A DNA stretch of 42,221 nt, from positions 1 through 42,221 of IMG/VR virus record IMGVR_UViG_3300037722_000144, one strand, 5' to 3'. Below the pieces are notes generated by a model. That model saw only the letters and a program-made list of their open reading frames with translations, searched no databases and was not told the DNA's origin. Numbering within the stretch: the first letter of the stretch is position 1; each line of letters begins with the position of its first letter. The translations under genes and the position numbers were made by a program. This document shows, one piece after another, positions 8,531 through 17,923 of the stretch. This stretch comes from a virus (taxonomy: Duplodnaviria; Caudoviricetes).

Positions 8531-10825
8531 ATGGCACAACAAGATTGGTTTTCACAATTTGAGACTAAACCTGAACCTATAGTTCCCGAAACAGATTGGT
8601 TTTCACAATTTGAGACTAAACCTGAACCTATTATTCCTTCCATAGAACCTACTGAAATTCCAGAAATAGAACCGGAAAGAAAATTAGGACTACGTGATAT
8701 TGCTGCAATGGGAATTAGAGGAATATCAGCATTTGTTCCAGGTGGACCTGCTGGAGCATTAGCTGGCGGATTAGGAGAAGCACTTGCACAAACTGTAGGA
8801 GGTGAAGATTATAATTTTCCACAAATGGGAGTTCAGGCAGGATTAGGTGCAATTCCATTTGGGCGTGTTGCTAGTATTGGTAGAGGAATGTTAAAAGGTG
8901 CTGCATTAGGAACTGCCGGTGTAACTGGAACTGAATTAGCTGAAACTGGAGAATTACCATCTGCTGAAAGATTAGCATTAGGTGCCGGACTTGGAATAAT
9001 TGGCGGTGGAATTGGTGGAAGGACAACTAGGGCAAGTAGACGCGCGCCTGATATTCTTCCTTCTGTAACAAAACCTAAAATGAGAATAAGACCCGATGGA
9101 ACATTTCAGAATACAGAAACCGGAGAAATATTTGATAAGATAGGTAATAAAATAGAAACTCCAATTGATAAATTAGTATCAGCAATTAAAGAAGCTAAAC
9201 CTCTTACTAGGAAACAAGCTGAAATTTATAAAGCTGAACGCTTACCTAAATTTGAACGTGCTAGAGAAGTTGTAGTAGAATCTGAAGAATCTGCTGGTAA
9301 ATTTCTAGGAACTTTGGGAGGTAAGCATACTAAAGTTCAAATGACTCCGTTAAAGATGGAACAATCTGATGTTGATTCCCTTTTTGGAATTATTGGTAAA
9401 GAAGTTCCAGATGTTCCTACTAAGGCTCATGCTATTACAGGATTGAATAAAATTCTTAATGGTCAAGTTCCACAAGATAATGAATTGCGCGTTCTTTCTG
9501 ATATTTTTGGTTCGTCTGCAATAGGAAGATTACGTTCCGTATTACCAAAAGTAGATATTAAGCGTAGTAGAATTTTAGAGTCTTTAAATCTACCTCGTGC
9601 AGTTCAAGCTGCATACGATATTTCTGCACCCTTTAGACAAGGATTAGGATTAATTCATACTAAAGCGTGGTGGACTTCCTGGGGTGATATGCTCAAGTCC
9701 TATGGAAGTGAGAAATCATATCAGGGTGTAATTGATTCTATTCTTGAGAGACCGAATTATCAAAGAATTCGTGATGCTAATGGGAGAATGCAAGTTTCAT
9801 TTTCAGAGAAAGCGGGATTAAAACTTACTGACCTTCTTGATTTAAGTAAGAGAGAAGAAGCAATAATGTCAACATGGGCTGAAAAGATTCCTGGTATAAG
9901 AGCAAGTAATCGTGCTTATACCGCATTTCTAAATAAACTTCGTGCTGACAATTTTGATTCACTTATTAAGCAAGCTGAAAAGATTCATGAAACAGCGCGC
10001 ATTGCTGGTAAGTTACCAATAGGAGAAATTGAAAGATTAAATCCCCGTAAGAACTTATTACTTGCTAGGGAACTTGCTAGTTATGTTAATAATGCTTCTG
10101 GTAGAGGTTCATTAGGTAAATTAGAACGTAATGCTGTAGCTCTTAATACTATGCTATTTAGTCCTAGATTAATTGCTAGTAGATTACAAATGATGAATCC
10201 TAAAAATTATACGAGAACTTCTCCATTAGTTAGAAAACAATATCTCAAGAGTATGTTAGGAATTGCTGGAACGTGGACTACACTTGCTACACTTGGTAAG
10301 ATGGCCGGTGCAGACGTTTCACTTGATGCAAATTCAGCAGATTTTGGTAAGATTAAAATTGGCAATACTAGATTAGACCCTGCTGGAGGTTTTCAACAGT
10401 ATTTAGTTTTAGCTAAGAAACTTGCAGAGTATGGTACAACTCTTGGTAAAGGTGAATATGCTGTCTCTACTACGGGTGAAAGACGAAGATATGGTATGGG
10501 ATTCGGAGCGCGCACTCCCGGTGAAGATATTATTAACTTTATTAGAAATAAATTAGCGCCTGTTCCATCCTATGCTACCAGTCCATTTTTTGCTAAAGAA
10601 TATTTTCCATTTGAAGCTGGTGATAGAGCTGTAAGACTTTTTACTCCTATTATGATTCAAGATTTAACTGAATTAATGCAAGAAGACCCAGAATTACTTC
10701 TTGGAATTATCCCATCTGCTGTTGGACTTGGAGTTCAACAGTATGGTGAAAGAGGGGAACAACAAAGAATACTTCCTGAAAGTATATTTCCCAGAGAAGC
10801 TGATATTAGATTTCCTGCGCGTTAG
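8531..10825 (+). CDS. Large internal virion / DNA ejection protein
   Basis: 764 aa; Gly/Ala-rich membrane-like segments near the N-terminus; last structural gene. Confidence 0.6.
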   Translation: MAQQDWFSQFETKPEPIVPETDWFSQFETKPEPIIPSIEPTEIPEIEPERKLGLRDIAAMGIRGISAFVPGGPAGALAGGLGEALAQTVGGEDYNFPQMGVQAGLGAIPFGRVASIGRGMLKGAALGTAGVTGTELAETGELPSAERLALGAGLGIIGGGIGGRTTRASRRAPDILPSVTKPKMRIRPDGTFQNTETGEIFDKIGNKIETPIDKLVSAIKEAKPLTRKQAEIYKAERLPKFERAREVVVESEESAGKFLGTLGGKHTKVQMTPLKMEQSDVDSLFGIIGKEVPDVPTKAHAITGLNKILNGQVPQDNELRVLSDIFGSSAIGRLRSVLPKVDIKRSRILESLNLPRAVQAAYDISAPFRQGLGLIHTKAWWTSWGDMLKSYGSEKSYQGVIDSILERPNYQRIRDANGRMQVSFSEKAGLKLTDLLDLSKREEAIMSTWAEKIPGIRASNRAYTAFLNKLRADNFDSLIKQAEKIHETARIAGKLPIGEIERLNPRKNLLLARELASYVNNASGRGSLGKLERNAVALNTMLFSPRLIASRLQMMNPKNYTRTSPLVRKQYLKSMLGIAGTWTTLATLGKMAGADVSLDANSADFGKIKIGNTRLDPAGGFQQYLVLAKKLAEYGTTLGKGEYAVSTTGERRRYGMGFGARTPGEDIINFIRNKLAPVPSYATSPFFAKEYFPFEAGDRAVRLFTPIMIQDLTELMQEDPELLLGIIPSAVGLGVQQYGERGEQQRILPESIFPREADIRFPAR
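8542..8631 (+). repeat. Tandem 39-bp direct repeat (period 51) encoding DWFSQFETKPEPI twice
   Basis: agattggttttcacaatttgagactaaacctgaacctat at 8542-8580 and 8593-8631. Confidence 0.95.
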
Positions 10826-11095
10826 TTTGTTATAATTATCATTCGCATTCCAGATATTGTAATTGTTGTTGAGGTAATCATAGTATGAATATTGATATGA
10901 ATAATATCTATTTAACTTTGGCCATTTCCAAGGAGTTTCACTATACTTTATAGTAAAAGACTTGGGTCCGTCATAAGTTGGAGTATAAACATATTGTCTA
11001 GCTACCAATCCTGTCCATGTTTCAGAACTTATTTGAGCTTGGACTAGTGTTGACGTAGTTGATAGTAGAATAATAATTAGAATTTTTATTATCAT
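10694..11095 (-). CDS. Hypothetical exported protein (signal peptide, Y/N-rich)
   Basis: MIIKILIIILLSTTSTLVQA signal-like N-terminus; AAGGAGG upstream; 3' end overlaps the convergent gene. Confidence 0.55.
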   Translation of the reverse strand: MIIKILIIILLSTTSTLVQAQISSETWTGLVARQYVYTPTYDGPKSFTIKYSETPWKWPKLNRYYSYQYSYYDYLNNNYNIWNANDNYNKLTRRKSNISFSGKYTFRKYSLLFPSFTILLNSKSNSRWDNSKK

Positions 11096-11146
11096 TTCAT
11101 CCCCTCCTTAAAAATCAACTCTACATTTTTGAACATTATTCCCTTG

Positions 11147-11275
11147 TTAGCCCTTTTCAAAAATGGCTTGACACACATTTACATATGTTTCAGCATTTAC
11201 TTCATATGTAGCAGGCCATTTTTCTTTTAATCCAAAAGTATTATTAAAATAATTTCGTAATTCATTTGAAGTCAT
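11147..11275 (-). CDS. Small hypothetical protein (42 aa), possibly truncated
   Basis: ATG overlaps the stop of the upstream gene (ATGA); MTSNELRNYFNNTFGLKEKWPATYEV... Confidence 0.45.
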   Translation of the reverse strand: MTSNELRNYFNNTFGLKEKWPATYEVNAETYVNVCQAIFEKG

Positions 11276-12561
11276 TTCATCTTACCTTCCATAAATCTTT
11301 TATATTCTTCATATACTACATCAGGCATTCTAAAAAGTATATTATTACCAACACTTTCAATTTTTACAACGCCTGCAACTTCCATACTCGCAACACATTC
11401 ATCCCAATCATTTGCATTACCTTGCATCCAATATTTTTTATTAAGTCCAGCGCGAGTTATCATATGATTGTCGCGTCGCATTAATTCTTCGATTAGTAAA
11501 GTCTTTCTAACTGCATTTGAAGCATCATTATTATCAGCACTTTTACCGAGAGTCGCGCGTCTGACATTACCTACTAATTTCTCACAAAGTGTAATTGCTT
11601 CTTCAAGAGCTTCTAAACTTATTTCTAATTTAGGTTCTGCTGCTAAAGAAATTAAAATAGCAACTTTTAATACAGAATCTCCGAATCTACCAAGAATTCC
11701 TGTTGTATCTTCTATTAATGATTCATCCCAATCTTTTATAAATCCTTCATACCAATTATCGTATCTTAATCCAACTTCTGAAAAGAATACATCACGTTCT
11801 TTCTTTCTACCACGTTTAATTCTTTTATATTTAAATATTCCCTTTTCTTCAAGAGATGAAAAAGGTTCAATAGCTCCCCTAAGTTTTGCAAGTTCATGTA
11901 AATATCCTGCTGAAGCCTTATAATCAATCGGTTCATCTAAAGGATATGCAAGACTATTAATTTGATTTCGTTGTTCTTCATAAATGATAAAAGTGCGCGC
12001 GAAATATCCCCCCTTGACTGCAATTCTATCTATAAATCCTTCTGCCATTGCTTCATTAGTAGCAGTAAGCATTGTTACTGTTGGTGCTTTAATATCGAAT
12101 GTTTCCATTTTCAAAAGACTTCGCCATTCTGCTACATTATAATTTCTATCATATAAATCAGTAAGAAGTTTAATTGCTGTAGGGTCTTCAACGATACTAG
12201 AAGTTAATTCAGAAGAACAAATAAAAATAGTAGATTTACTTTGTATTTTTCCTCCTGGCATGGACTTAGCTTGTCCCATTTCCTTGAGAATACCTTGAAT
12301 ACTGGAACGTCCTGAAATAATTTCAGTATTATTTACAGCTTGCACCATTTGTTTTGCCATAGATACGGCCGGACCCTTTTTTAAACCCGACCGCGCATGT
12401 AGCATTACATATATATTTGGATAAAGATTATAAATTTGACGACCTAACCATATATTATCTTTTAAAATTGCTGATATTGCTGCTAATGCTGACCAGCGCC
12501 AAAAAGAAAGAGGTGTTTCTAACTCTGAATGTTGGTCTACGAGGTCTGATAACCAGCTCAT
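11272..12561 (-). CDS. DUF3987/YfjI-like P-loop protein, putative replicative helicase
   Basis: ETPLSFWRWSALAAIS...LYPNIYVMLHARSGLKK, SSEL, TMLTAT, GGYFAR motifs; adjacent to the polymerase. Confidence 0.7.
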   Translation of the reverse strand: MSWLSDLVDQHSELETPLSFWRWSALAAISAILKDNIWLGRQIYNLYPNIYVMLHARSGLKKGPAVSMAKQMVQAVNNTEIISGRSSIQGILKEMGQAKSMPGGKIQSKSTIFICSSELTSSIVEDPTAIKLLTDLYDRNYNVAEWRSLLKMETFDIKAPTVTMLTATNEAMAEGFIDRIAVKGGYFARTFIIYEEQRNQINSLAYPLDEPIDYKASAGYLHELAKLRGAIEPFSSLEEKGIFKYKRIKRGRKKERDVFFSEVGLRYDNWYEGFIKDWDESLIEDTTGILGRFGDSVLKVAILISLAAEPKLEISLEALEEAITLCEKLVGNVRRATLGKSADNNDASNAVRKTLLIEELMRRDNHMITRAGLNKKYWMQGNANDWDECVASMEVAGVVKIESVGNNILFRMPDVVYEEYKRFMEGKMK

Positions 12562-12950
12562 GAATCATATTTCATAATCGTGTTCGTAATTTTTTTGATG
12601 ATGGCATGAATTTCTTCATCATTATAAGGAAGATATTCATGTTCGAAAATACGGAAAAGAGCTTTTAATTCTTTAAGAGATAACCATAATCCTGGTTCAG
12701 GACTTCTATCAGATGTTATAATATTAGATTGTTTTATTTCCTTATTATAAAGTTCTAATTTACTTTCAGGATAATACCAATAGTCAGGTGCCCAATCTTC
12801 CTCAAATATTACTTTACAGATTATTGCACCATTTGGAATATTTCTAATAAATTGGTCATTTGTTCTAACAATTGTTATTAATCCATGACAGTATCTATCT
12901 CCATCTAACATTTTAATTCTGTCACCTGGTTTCATTGTTTTATCTCCCAA
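12558..12950 (-). CDS. Hypothetical protein
   Basis: ORF coupled to neighbours; probable start at MKPGDRIK (12935). Confidence 0.6.
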   Translation of the reverse strand: MGDKTMKPGDRIKMLDGDRYCHGLITIVRTNDQFIRNIPNGAIICKVIFEEDWAPDYWYYPESKLELYNKEIKQSNIITSDRSPEPGLWLSLKELKALFRIFEHEYLPYNDEEIHAIIKKITNTIMKYDS

Positions 12951-15900
12951 TCCCTATAAATTATATTAGTTAATTGAGATTCTTCCTTCCTTTCTTGATA
13001 TAAAAATTCTTCTGTCATATTACGTGGTATACTTAGAGATTCTATTACTTTAGGTGTAGTAGGAATTATAACTTCTCGAATTTTAAATTTATTTAGTTCC
13101 TGATAATTATAACCTAATTCAATTTCACATGGAATAACAAGTGGATTACGTGGTAATGAACAGAATTCAAAATCAATAGGCTTTTCAAATTCTTCTTTAA
13201 TTTGTGGTGCTATTTCATTTATAAAACGTTCTTCTATTTCGTATAGTAATGAATCGTGGGATTCAACAATTGGAATTAATTTAAGTTTATTACGAATACG
13301 TAATGCTGAGGCTTTAGTATTATCACTAATTGTGCGTTGGGGAATATATGAAAATGCCATTCTAAATAATTCATCACCCCATCTTTCAAAAAACTGACGT
13401 TTACCACCTGTTTTAGAATCTATACCATAAGGACGCGGAGCAGTAAGATATCGTTTATCGACTTCCAAACATTTGATAATTCCAGCATGGAATACCGAAC
13501 GTATTCTAGGTTGCTTCATATGGAAAATCTTAAGCGCGCGGTCTGCTACTGCTTCTGTAATTGCAATTGGAATTTTATATTTTCTTGCTTGAGTATTAGT
13601 TTCTACAGCAGCTCGTCTTTTTCCGGCTCCAAGGTGTCCCGCGTGTCTTAAAGTATTATGTGTTATAATAAAATCATCTGTAATATAACAATGGTCTTCA
13701 GAATCCACTGAAATACATTGACATTCTATCTCACGTGTCTTTTCAAGAGAAATAATATTTCTTGCTAAATTATATTTAGTTTTTGCGTTCCATCTTTCCC
13801 ATCTTTCTGCTTTTCTAGATAATTTAAATGGATTTAATTGTCTTATATTTATAAATATTCTATTAGATTTTCTGCCCTCTTTTATTTCTCCTTTATAAGT
13901 GTATTTGGGTATTCTATTAGTTTGATTAGCTACTCCCCCTAACGATCTTACTAAGTTAATTACATCTGTTGCTAATAAATTTGAAGAAGTTGAAAATTCT
14001 AATCCATTACCAAATTCTTGTATAGTTCCATCAGTATCTAATAAGCCCCTAAGTATTTCTAATCTAATTTCAAGAGAATTAAATTTATATATTTCTGGTA
14101 TAAATTTTTCATGGGAGTGCTTACCACCTAAACCTAATTCATTTAAAATTGGTCTAATGCCTGATATTCTAATAGATTTATCATCAGAACTGCCAAGTTT
14201 TTCATATCCTAATTTAGTTATTAATTCTTGAATGATTTCTTCATCAACTGAAAATAAACTACATTGATGAGGAGAAGTAAAGTTTCCATCTCCTATTAAA
14301 AGTCCTAAAATATAGGGGTCTATTGGAACTTCTTGGTAACTAAACCACATTGCATTATTCATTAATAAGGAATATTTAGGATTGCCCCTACTATTTTTTA
14401 ATTTTAGATTAAGAATATCCTTAAGTTCTTTAATTTGATAAATTTCTCGTGGTCTTTCCCAAATTGCTTGAATAGGCCAAAGATGTTCCTTACATGACTC
14501 AACTTCAGAGCCATCACTAAGTTTAATTTTATATACTTCTTTAATTCCCTGTGAGAATATTCCAGTTACTAATGAAATACCAAACCGAGAATTACATATT
14601 TCATCTCCTATTTGAATATCTTTCATTAATTTCCAACCAATAGGTGTTAAAATCTTACTATCTAATGGTTGAGCCTTGCCAAGAAATCTTTCTGGACATT
14701 CATAACCTAATATTTTTTTAGAATACTGTTCTTCAGTTCCACCTAAAAACCATGATGTAGTATAAGCATGATAATCTTTAATATCAATATCTATTAAAGC
14801 CTGTTCATCATTAGCAAGTCTAAAAACTACGCGCGCTTCCGCTTGTGCGGAATCAGCTTGAATAAATATATTACCTCGCGCGGGAACGTATTGTGACCTA
14901 ATATCCTGACCGATATCTCCGTGTTTAGTTATTGTTTGAAATGCTGTTCCTAATGCTTTTCTTTTTTTCTTATTCTCATCATCTCTATATTCAAAATATG
15001 GTCTAATAGGAGGTTCTAATTGTCCTGTGCTAGTTCTACCAGTTTCAAGACAGAGAAAATAAGTAGTTTTCATTTTGCCATCATAATCAGGCATTGCCAT
15101 TAAGTAAGTGCTTATTGTTTTTTCTACTCTTCTCTTTTCTAAAATAATTTCTACAATTCTACGTTTTTTAGAATCTGTAAATGATTGTAAGTTTAATAAA
15201 CTTGTAAGTTCTTCTTCACCTGTTCCACTTCGTATAGGACATTTGAGATTCTCAAATAATAATATTTTAACTTGCTTAGGTGAATTCACATTAACATGAT
15301 CACCTACTAATGAGAATAATTCATGCTGAAGATTTTCTGACCATGTAATGTATTTTTGAAACAGTGCTTCTTTCTTTTCATTATCAATATGAAAACCTTG
15401 AGATTCTATTTCTAAGTAAAGACCATGAAGGTGCATTATGAAATTTTCGTAGTAATCTTTTAAGTTTAAAGTGTCTAAATCAATATCCATTGCTAAGTCA
15501 ATTTCTTTAGTCACGCAAGCATCGCGCGCGTTATATTTATATAAATCGTCTATACTTTGCTTAGTAATATCAAAGTTTGCTCCTTCGTCTTTATAGTATG
15601 GTTCTCGGGTATAGATAGAAGTATTGAATGCAAGATTTTTGGGAAGTTCTGGATTAATTGCGAATGCTTTTAACATTGTATCTGATGTTAGTTTCTTAAT
15701 AATGAATCCCAATCTTTTAATTTTATCTTGATCATATTTAAAGTTCTGTCCCACTATTTCGTGTTTTGCTAATAATTCTGATAACATTATCCAGATATTG
15801 ATTAATTCTGAACTATGAATATTAGAGATACCGCGCACATTCCAGAGGGGAACTGAGATTCCTTCATATGGAGTAAAAGCAATACCAATGCAGGAAGGAA

Positions 15901-16564
15901 TACAATCAATAGCTTCAATGTCTACCGCAGGTTTATCATAATTCTTGTATCTTTTAATAAAATCATCAAGTTGAAAGGATGATTTACAAACTGTTAATGT
16001 TCGTTTTGGTAAGTCTAATTCAGATGATTGGGACTCGATAAGCGCGCGTTTAAAGTCGCATACCATTACCTGTTTATTCCAATATCCTTTTAATTCCCTT
16101 CCTGTTGTATTGTATAATAAATGCTCAGGATGATATGTTGGTATAAATTTACAACCCATACCATGAAGAATTGAACCACGATAATTAGTAATATTAGTTT
16201 TTCCTGACAATGCCCAAAGTGCTGAACTTCCTAATGCTAAAATGACATTAGGTTTAATAGCATTAATTTCATTTTGTAGGTCTCTTAATTGTTCGTTAAT
16301 GTCAATTCCATATTGTTCCGCGCGAATGTGAAATGGAGTTTTATCTTTTGAACTGGTTAGTGGAACAAAATATTTACAAACATTACTTATCCAGCATTCA
16401 TGCCTATTGATACCTGCATCTGTTAAAAGTTTATTTAGTTCTCTTCCAGAGTTTCCGACAAAGGGTTTTCCTGCTTCTAATTCTTGGTGATTTGGTGATT
16501 CTCCGAGAATCATTAGACGCGCGTGGGGTGGTCCACTTGCTGGAATGTAACTTTTATCGGTCAT
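12932..16564 (-). CDS. polA: Family A DNA polymerase with N-terminal uracil-DNA glycosylase-like domain, 3'-5' exonuclease and an intein
   Basis: UDG: ILGESP..QE...GKPFVG.SG, PTYHP; exonuclease: DIE, GQNFKYD, YNARD; polymerase: TGRTST, DSAQAEAR (A), RFLGK/TLRHAGHLG (B), HDSL (C). Confidence 0.93.
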   Translation of the reverse strand: MTDKSYIPASGPPHARLMILGESPNHQELEAGKPFVGNSGRELNKLLTDAGINRHECWISNVCKYFVPLTSSKDKTPFHIRAEQYGIDINEQLRDLQNEINAIKPNVILALGSSALWALSGKTNITNYRGSILHGMGCKFIPTYHPEHLLYNTTGRELKGYWNKQVMVCDFKRALIESQSSELDLPKRTLTVCKSSFQLDDFIKRYKNYDKPAVDIEAIDCIPSCIGIAFTPYEGISVPLWNVRGISNIHSSELINIWIMLSELLAKHEIVGQNFKYDQDKIKRLGFIIKKLTSDTMLKAFAINPELPKNLAFNTSIYTREPYYKDEGANFDITKQSIDDLYKYNARDACVTKEIDLAMDIDLDTLNLKDYYENFIMHLHGLYLEIESQGFHIDNEKKEALFQKYITWSENLQHELFSLVGDHVNVNSPKQVKILLFENLKCPIRSGTGEEELTSLLNLQSFTDSKKRRIVEIILEKRRVEKTISTYLMAMPDYDGKMKTTYFLCLETGRTSTGQLEPPIRPYFEYRDDENKKKRKALGTAFQTITKHGDIGQDIRSQYVPARGNIFIQADSAQAEARVVFRLANDEQALIDIDIKDYHAYTTSWFLGGTEEQYSKKILGYECPERFLGKAQPLDSKILTPIGWKLMKDIQIGDEICNSRFGISLVTGIFSQGIKEVYKIKLSDGSEVESCKEHLWPIQAIWERPREIYQIKELKDILNLKLKNSRGNPKYSLLMNNAMWFSYQEVPIDPYILGLLIGDGNFTSPHQCSLFSVDEEIIQELITKLGYEKLGSSDDKSIRISGIRPILNELGLGGKHSHEKFIPEIYKFNSLEIRLEILRGLLDTDGTIQEFGNGLEFSTSSNLLATDVINLVRSLGGVANQTNRIPKYTYKGEIKEGRKSNRIFINIRQLNPFKLSRKAERWERWNAKTKYNLARNIISLEKTREIECQCISVDSEDHCYITDDFIITHNTLRHAGHLGAGKRRAAVETNTQARKYKIPIAITEAVADRALKIFHMKQPRIRSVFHAGIIKCLEVDKRYLTAPRPYGIDSKTGGKRQFFERWGDELFRMAFSYIPQRTISDNTKASALRIRNKLKLIPIVESHDSLLYEIEERFINEIAPQIKEEFEKPIDFEFCSLPRNPLVIPCEIELGYNYQELNKFKIREVIIPTTPKVIESLSIPRNMTEEFLYQERKEESQLTNIIYRDWEIKQ
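13655..14674 (-). mobile_element. Class 3 intein with LAGLIDADG homing endonuclease in polymerase motif B (340 aa)
   Basis: Starts AQPLDSKILTPIGW, ends ITHN before T; HLW, CQCISV; LGLLIGDG and LRGLLDTDG. Confidence 0.92.
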
Positions 16565-16716
16565 TCCGGTTCTTTTATATCTATATTCGTAATAAGTATA
16601 CCATGCATTTGATATATGATATAAATTACGAAGTCCTTATCAGATAGATGAATAGTTTTCTCAAGTATAGAATCTATAAAAGACTTGAGAAATTTTCTAC
16701 GATTCATTGGTGCCAT
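16561..16716 (-). CDS. Small hypothetical protein (51 aa)
   Basis: MAPMNRRKFLKS...; stop overlaps the polymerase ATG; not in the ORF track. Confidence 0.45.
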   Translation of the reverse strand: MAPMNRRKFLKSFIDSILEKTIHLSDKDFVIYIIYQMHGILITNIDIKEPE

Positions 16717-16738
16717 ATTTAGGGTTTAGGTTTATCTG

Positions 16739-16888
16739 TTACTTTGAGGGACCGAAAAATCTTTCTATCAACTTTTCTATTTCGTCCAAAAAATCTACTA
16801 CATTATCTTTTCTTAAATCATGAGGTTGCATAATTTCTAACAGTCTTTTTTGTTGGCCGTCTACAATCTTGATATGTATTATTGCCAT
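16739..16888 (-). CDS. Small hypothetical protein (49 aa)
   Basis: MAIIHIKIVDGQQK...; ATG overlaps the upstream stop. Confidence 0.5.
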   Translation of the reverse strand: MAIIHIKIVDGQQKRLLEIMQPHDLRKDNVVDFLDEIEKLIERFFGPSK

Positions 16889-17073
16889 TATAACACTACA
16901 TAAGGAACATTCTTAGGAAGAGTTATAAACGCTGTTCCAGTATAGTAGTTAGAATCAAACTCAAAGATTCTTATATGGGGAGAAGGTTCATCCGTATCTT
17001 CTGGATTTTCACAGACTACCACTAAATTTTCATCTAACTTTTTTAGTTCTTCAATTAGTTCTTTAACAGTCAT
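16888..17073 (-). CDS. Hypothetical protein (MTVKELIEELKK-type)
   Basis: Common phage small-protein N-terminus; translationally coupled. Confidence 0.65.
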   Translation of the reverse strand: MTVKELIEELKKLDENLVVVCENPEDTDEPSPHIRIFEFDSNYYTGTAFITLPKNVPYVVL

Positions 17074-17255
17074 TCATCTTCTTCCTCTTCACTTTCAGAT
17101 TTTCTATTACGTTTCTCTTCTTTAGATAAACCCATTGAATCGCGCGTTTCCTTGCATATTGGATAATTTGGACAACCCCAAAATTTTCCGAATTTACTAT
17201 TGCGCGGAATCATTTTAATTTTACAGGATGGGCAAAGTGTTTCTTCTATCGACAT
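17070..17255 (-). CDS. Stand-alone topoisomerase-type C4 zinc ribbon protein
   Basis: CPSCKIKMIPRNSKFGKFWGCPNYPIC matches the zf-C4_Topoisom pattern. Confidence 0.8.
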   Translation of the reverse strand: MSIEETLCPSCKIKMIPRNSKFGKFWGCPNYPICKETRDSMGLSKEEKRNRKSESEEEEDE

Positions 17256-17476
17256 GGTTTTCCACTACCTATTTGTGCTCCGCAATCTTTACAGAATGAG
17301 CCGTTCATGTAAAACTCCCATTTATGTTGCTTAGACTCTGGCTCGTTTAGTATCCCAATTAACTTATCCTTAACTTCCTTCCTAACATTATCGTCCCAAT
17401 CACCATAGTCTGTATTATCAGATAGCCAAATCAGAAATTTATCTACAACTTGAACACTAAGGAATCTATCCATCAC
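17246..17476 (-). CDS. Hypothetical protein with C-terminal H/C cluster
   Basis: HKW...CKDCG....C. Confidence 0.55.
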   Translation of the reverse strand: MMDRFLSVQVVDKFLIWLSDNTDYGDWDDNVRKEVKDKLIGILNEPESKQHKWEFYMNGSFCKDCGAQIGSGKPCR

Positions 17477-17634
17477 GGCCCCCCAACTCTTGACTTGATT
17501 GACGCTATGAGAAAGTCACCTTGGGCTTTAGTAAGTTCATAAGACAATATCCATAAAGTCCACTGTTCTAAATTCCTCCATGTTAAATCATCAGCTTTAT
17601 AATATCCAAAGTAAGCTAGAATATGTTTTATCAT
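17473..17634 (-). CDS. Small hypothetical protein (53 aa)
   Basis: MIKHILAYFGYYK...; fills the gap with overlapping start and stop. Confidence 0.45.
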   Translation of the reverse strand: MIKHILAYFGYYKADDLTWRNLEQWTLWILSYELTKAQGDFLIASIKSRVGGP

Positions 17635-17915
17635 TAGAGATTAGCTTTCTGTAGAGCCTCCACAAACTTCTCTACTTCAGGTGTCATGGAATCAAGAACA
17701 GATTGTAAGTCTTTAATCTTAGCTTGATGTTGTGCAATCTGGTCCTGCATTTGCTCTCTAAATGTGCGAGGCTTCATTAGCTGTCCTGCTGTTGTTCCCT
17801 CTGCCTTGTTTATATCATATGCTGCCATCTTTTCCTCTCCTGCTCTAGACTGTGCAGTTAATTTTGAAAGTGTTTGAAACGGATTTCGCATTATGTTAAC
17901 CTTTCTAAGTCCCAT
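17634..17915 (-). CDS. Hypothetical coiled-coil protein
   Basis: ORF; likely start at MRNPF. Confidence 0.6.
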   Translation of the reverse strand: MGLRKVNIMRNPFQTLSKLTAQSRAGEEKMAAYDINKAEGTTAGQLMKPRTFREQMQDQIAQHQAKIKDLQSVLDSMTPEVEKFVEALQKANL

Positions 17916-17923
17916 CTGATAGT

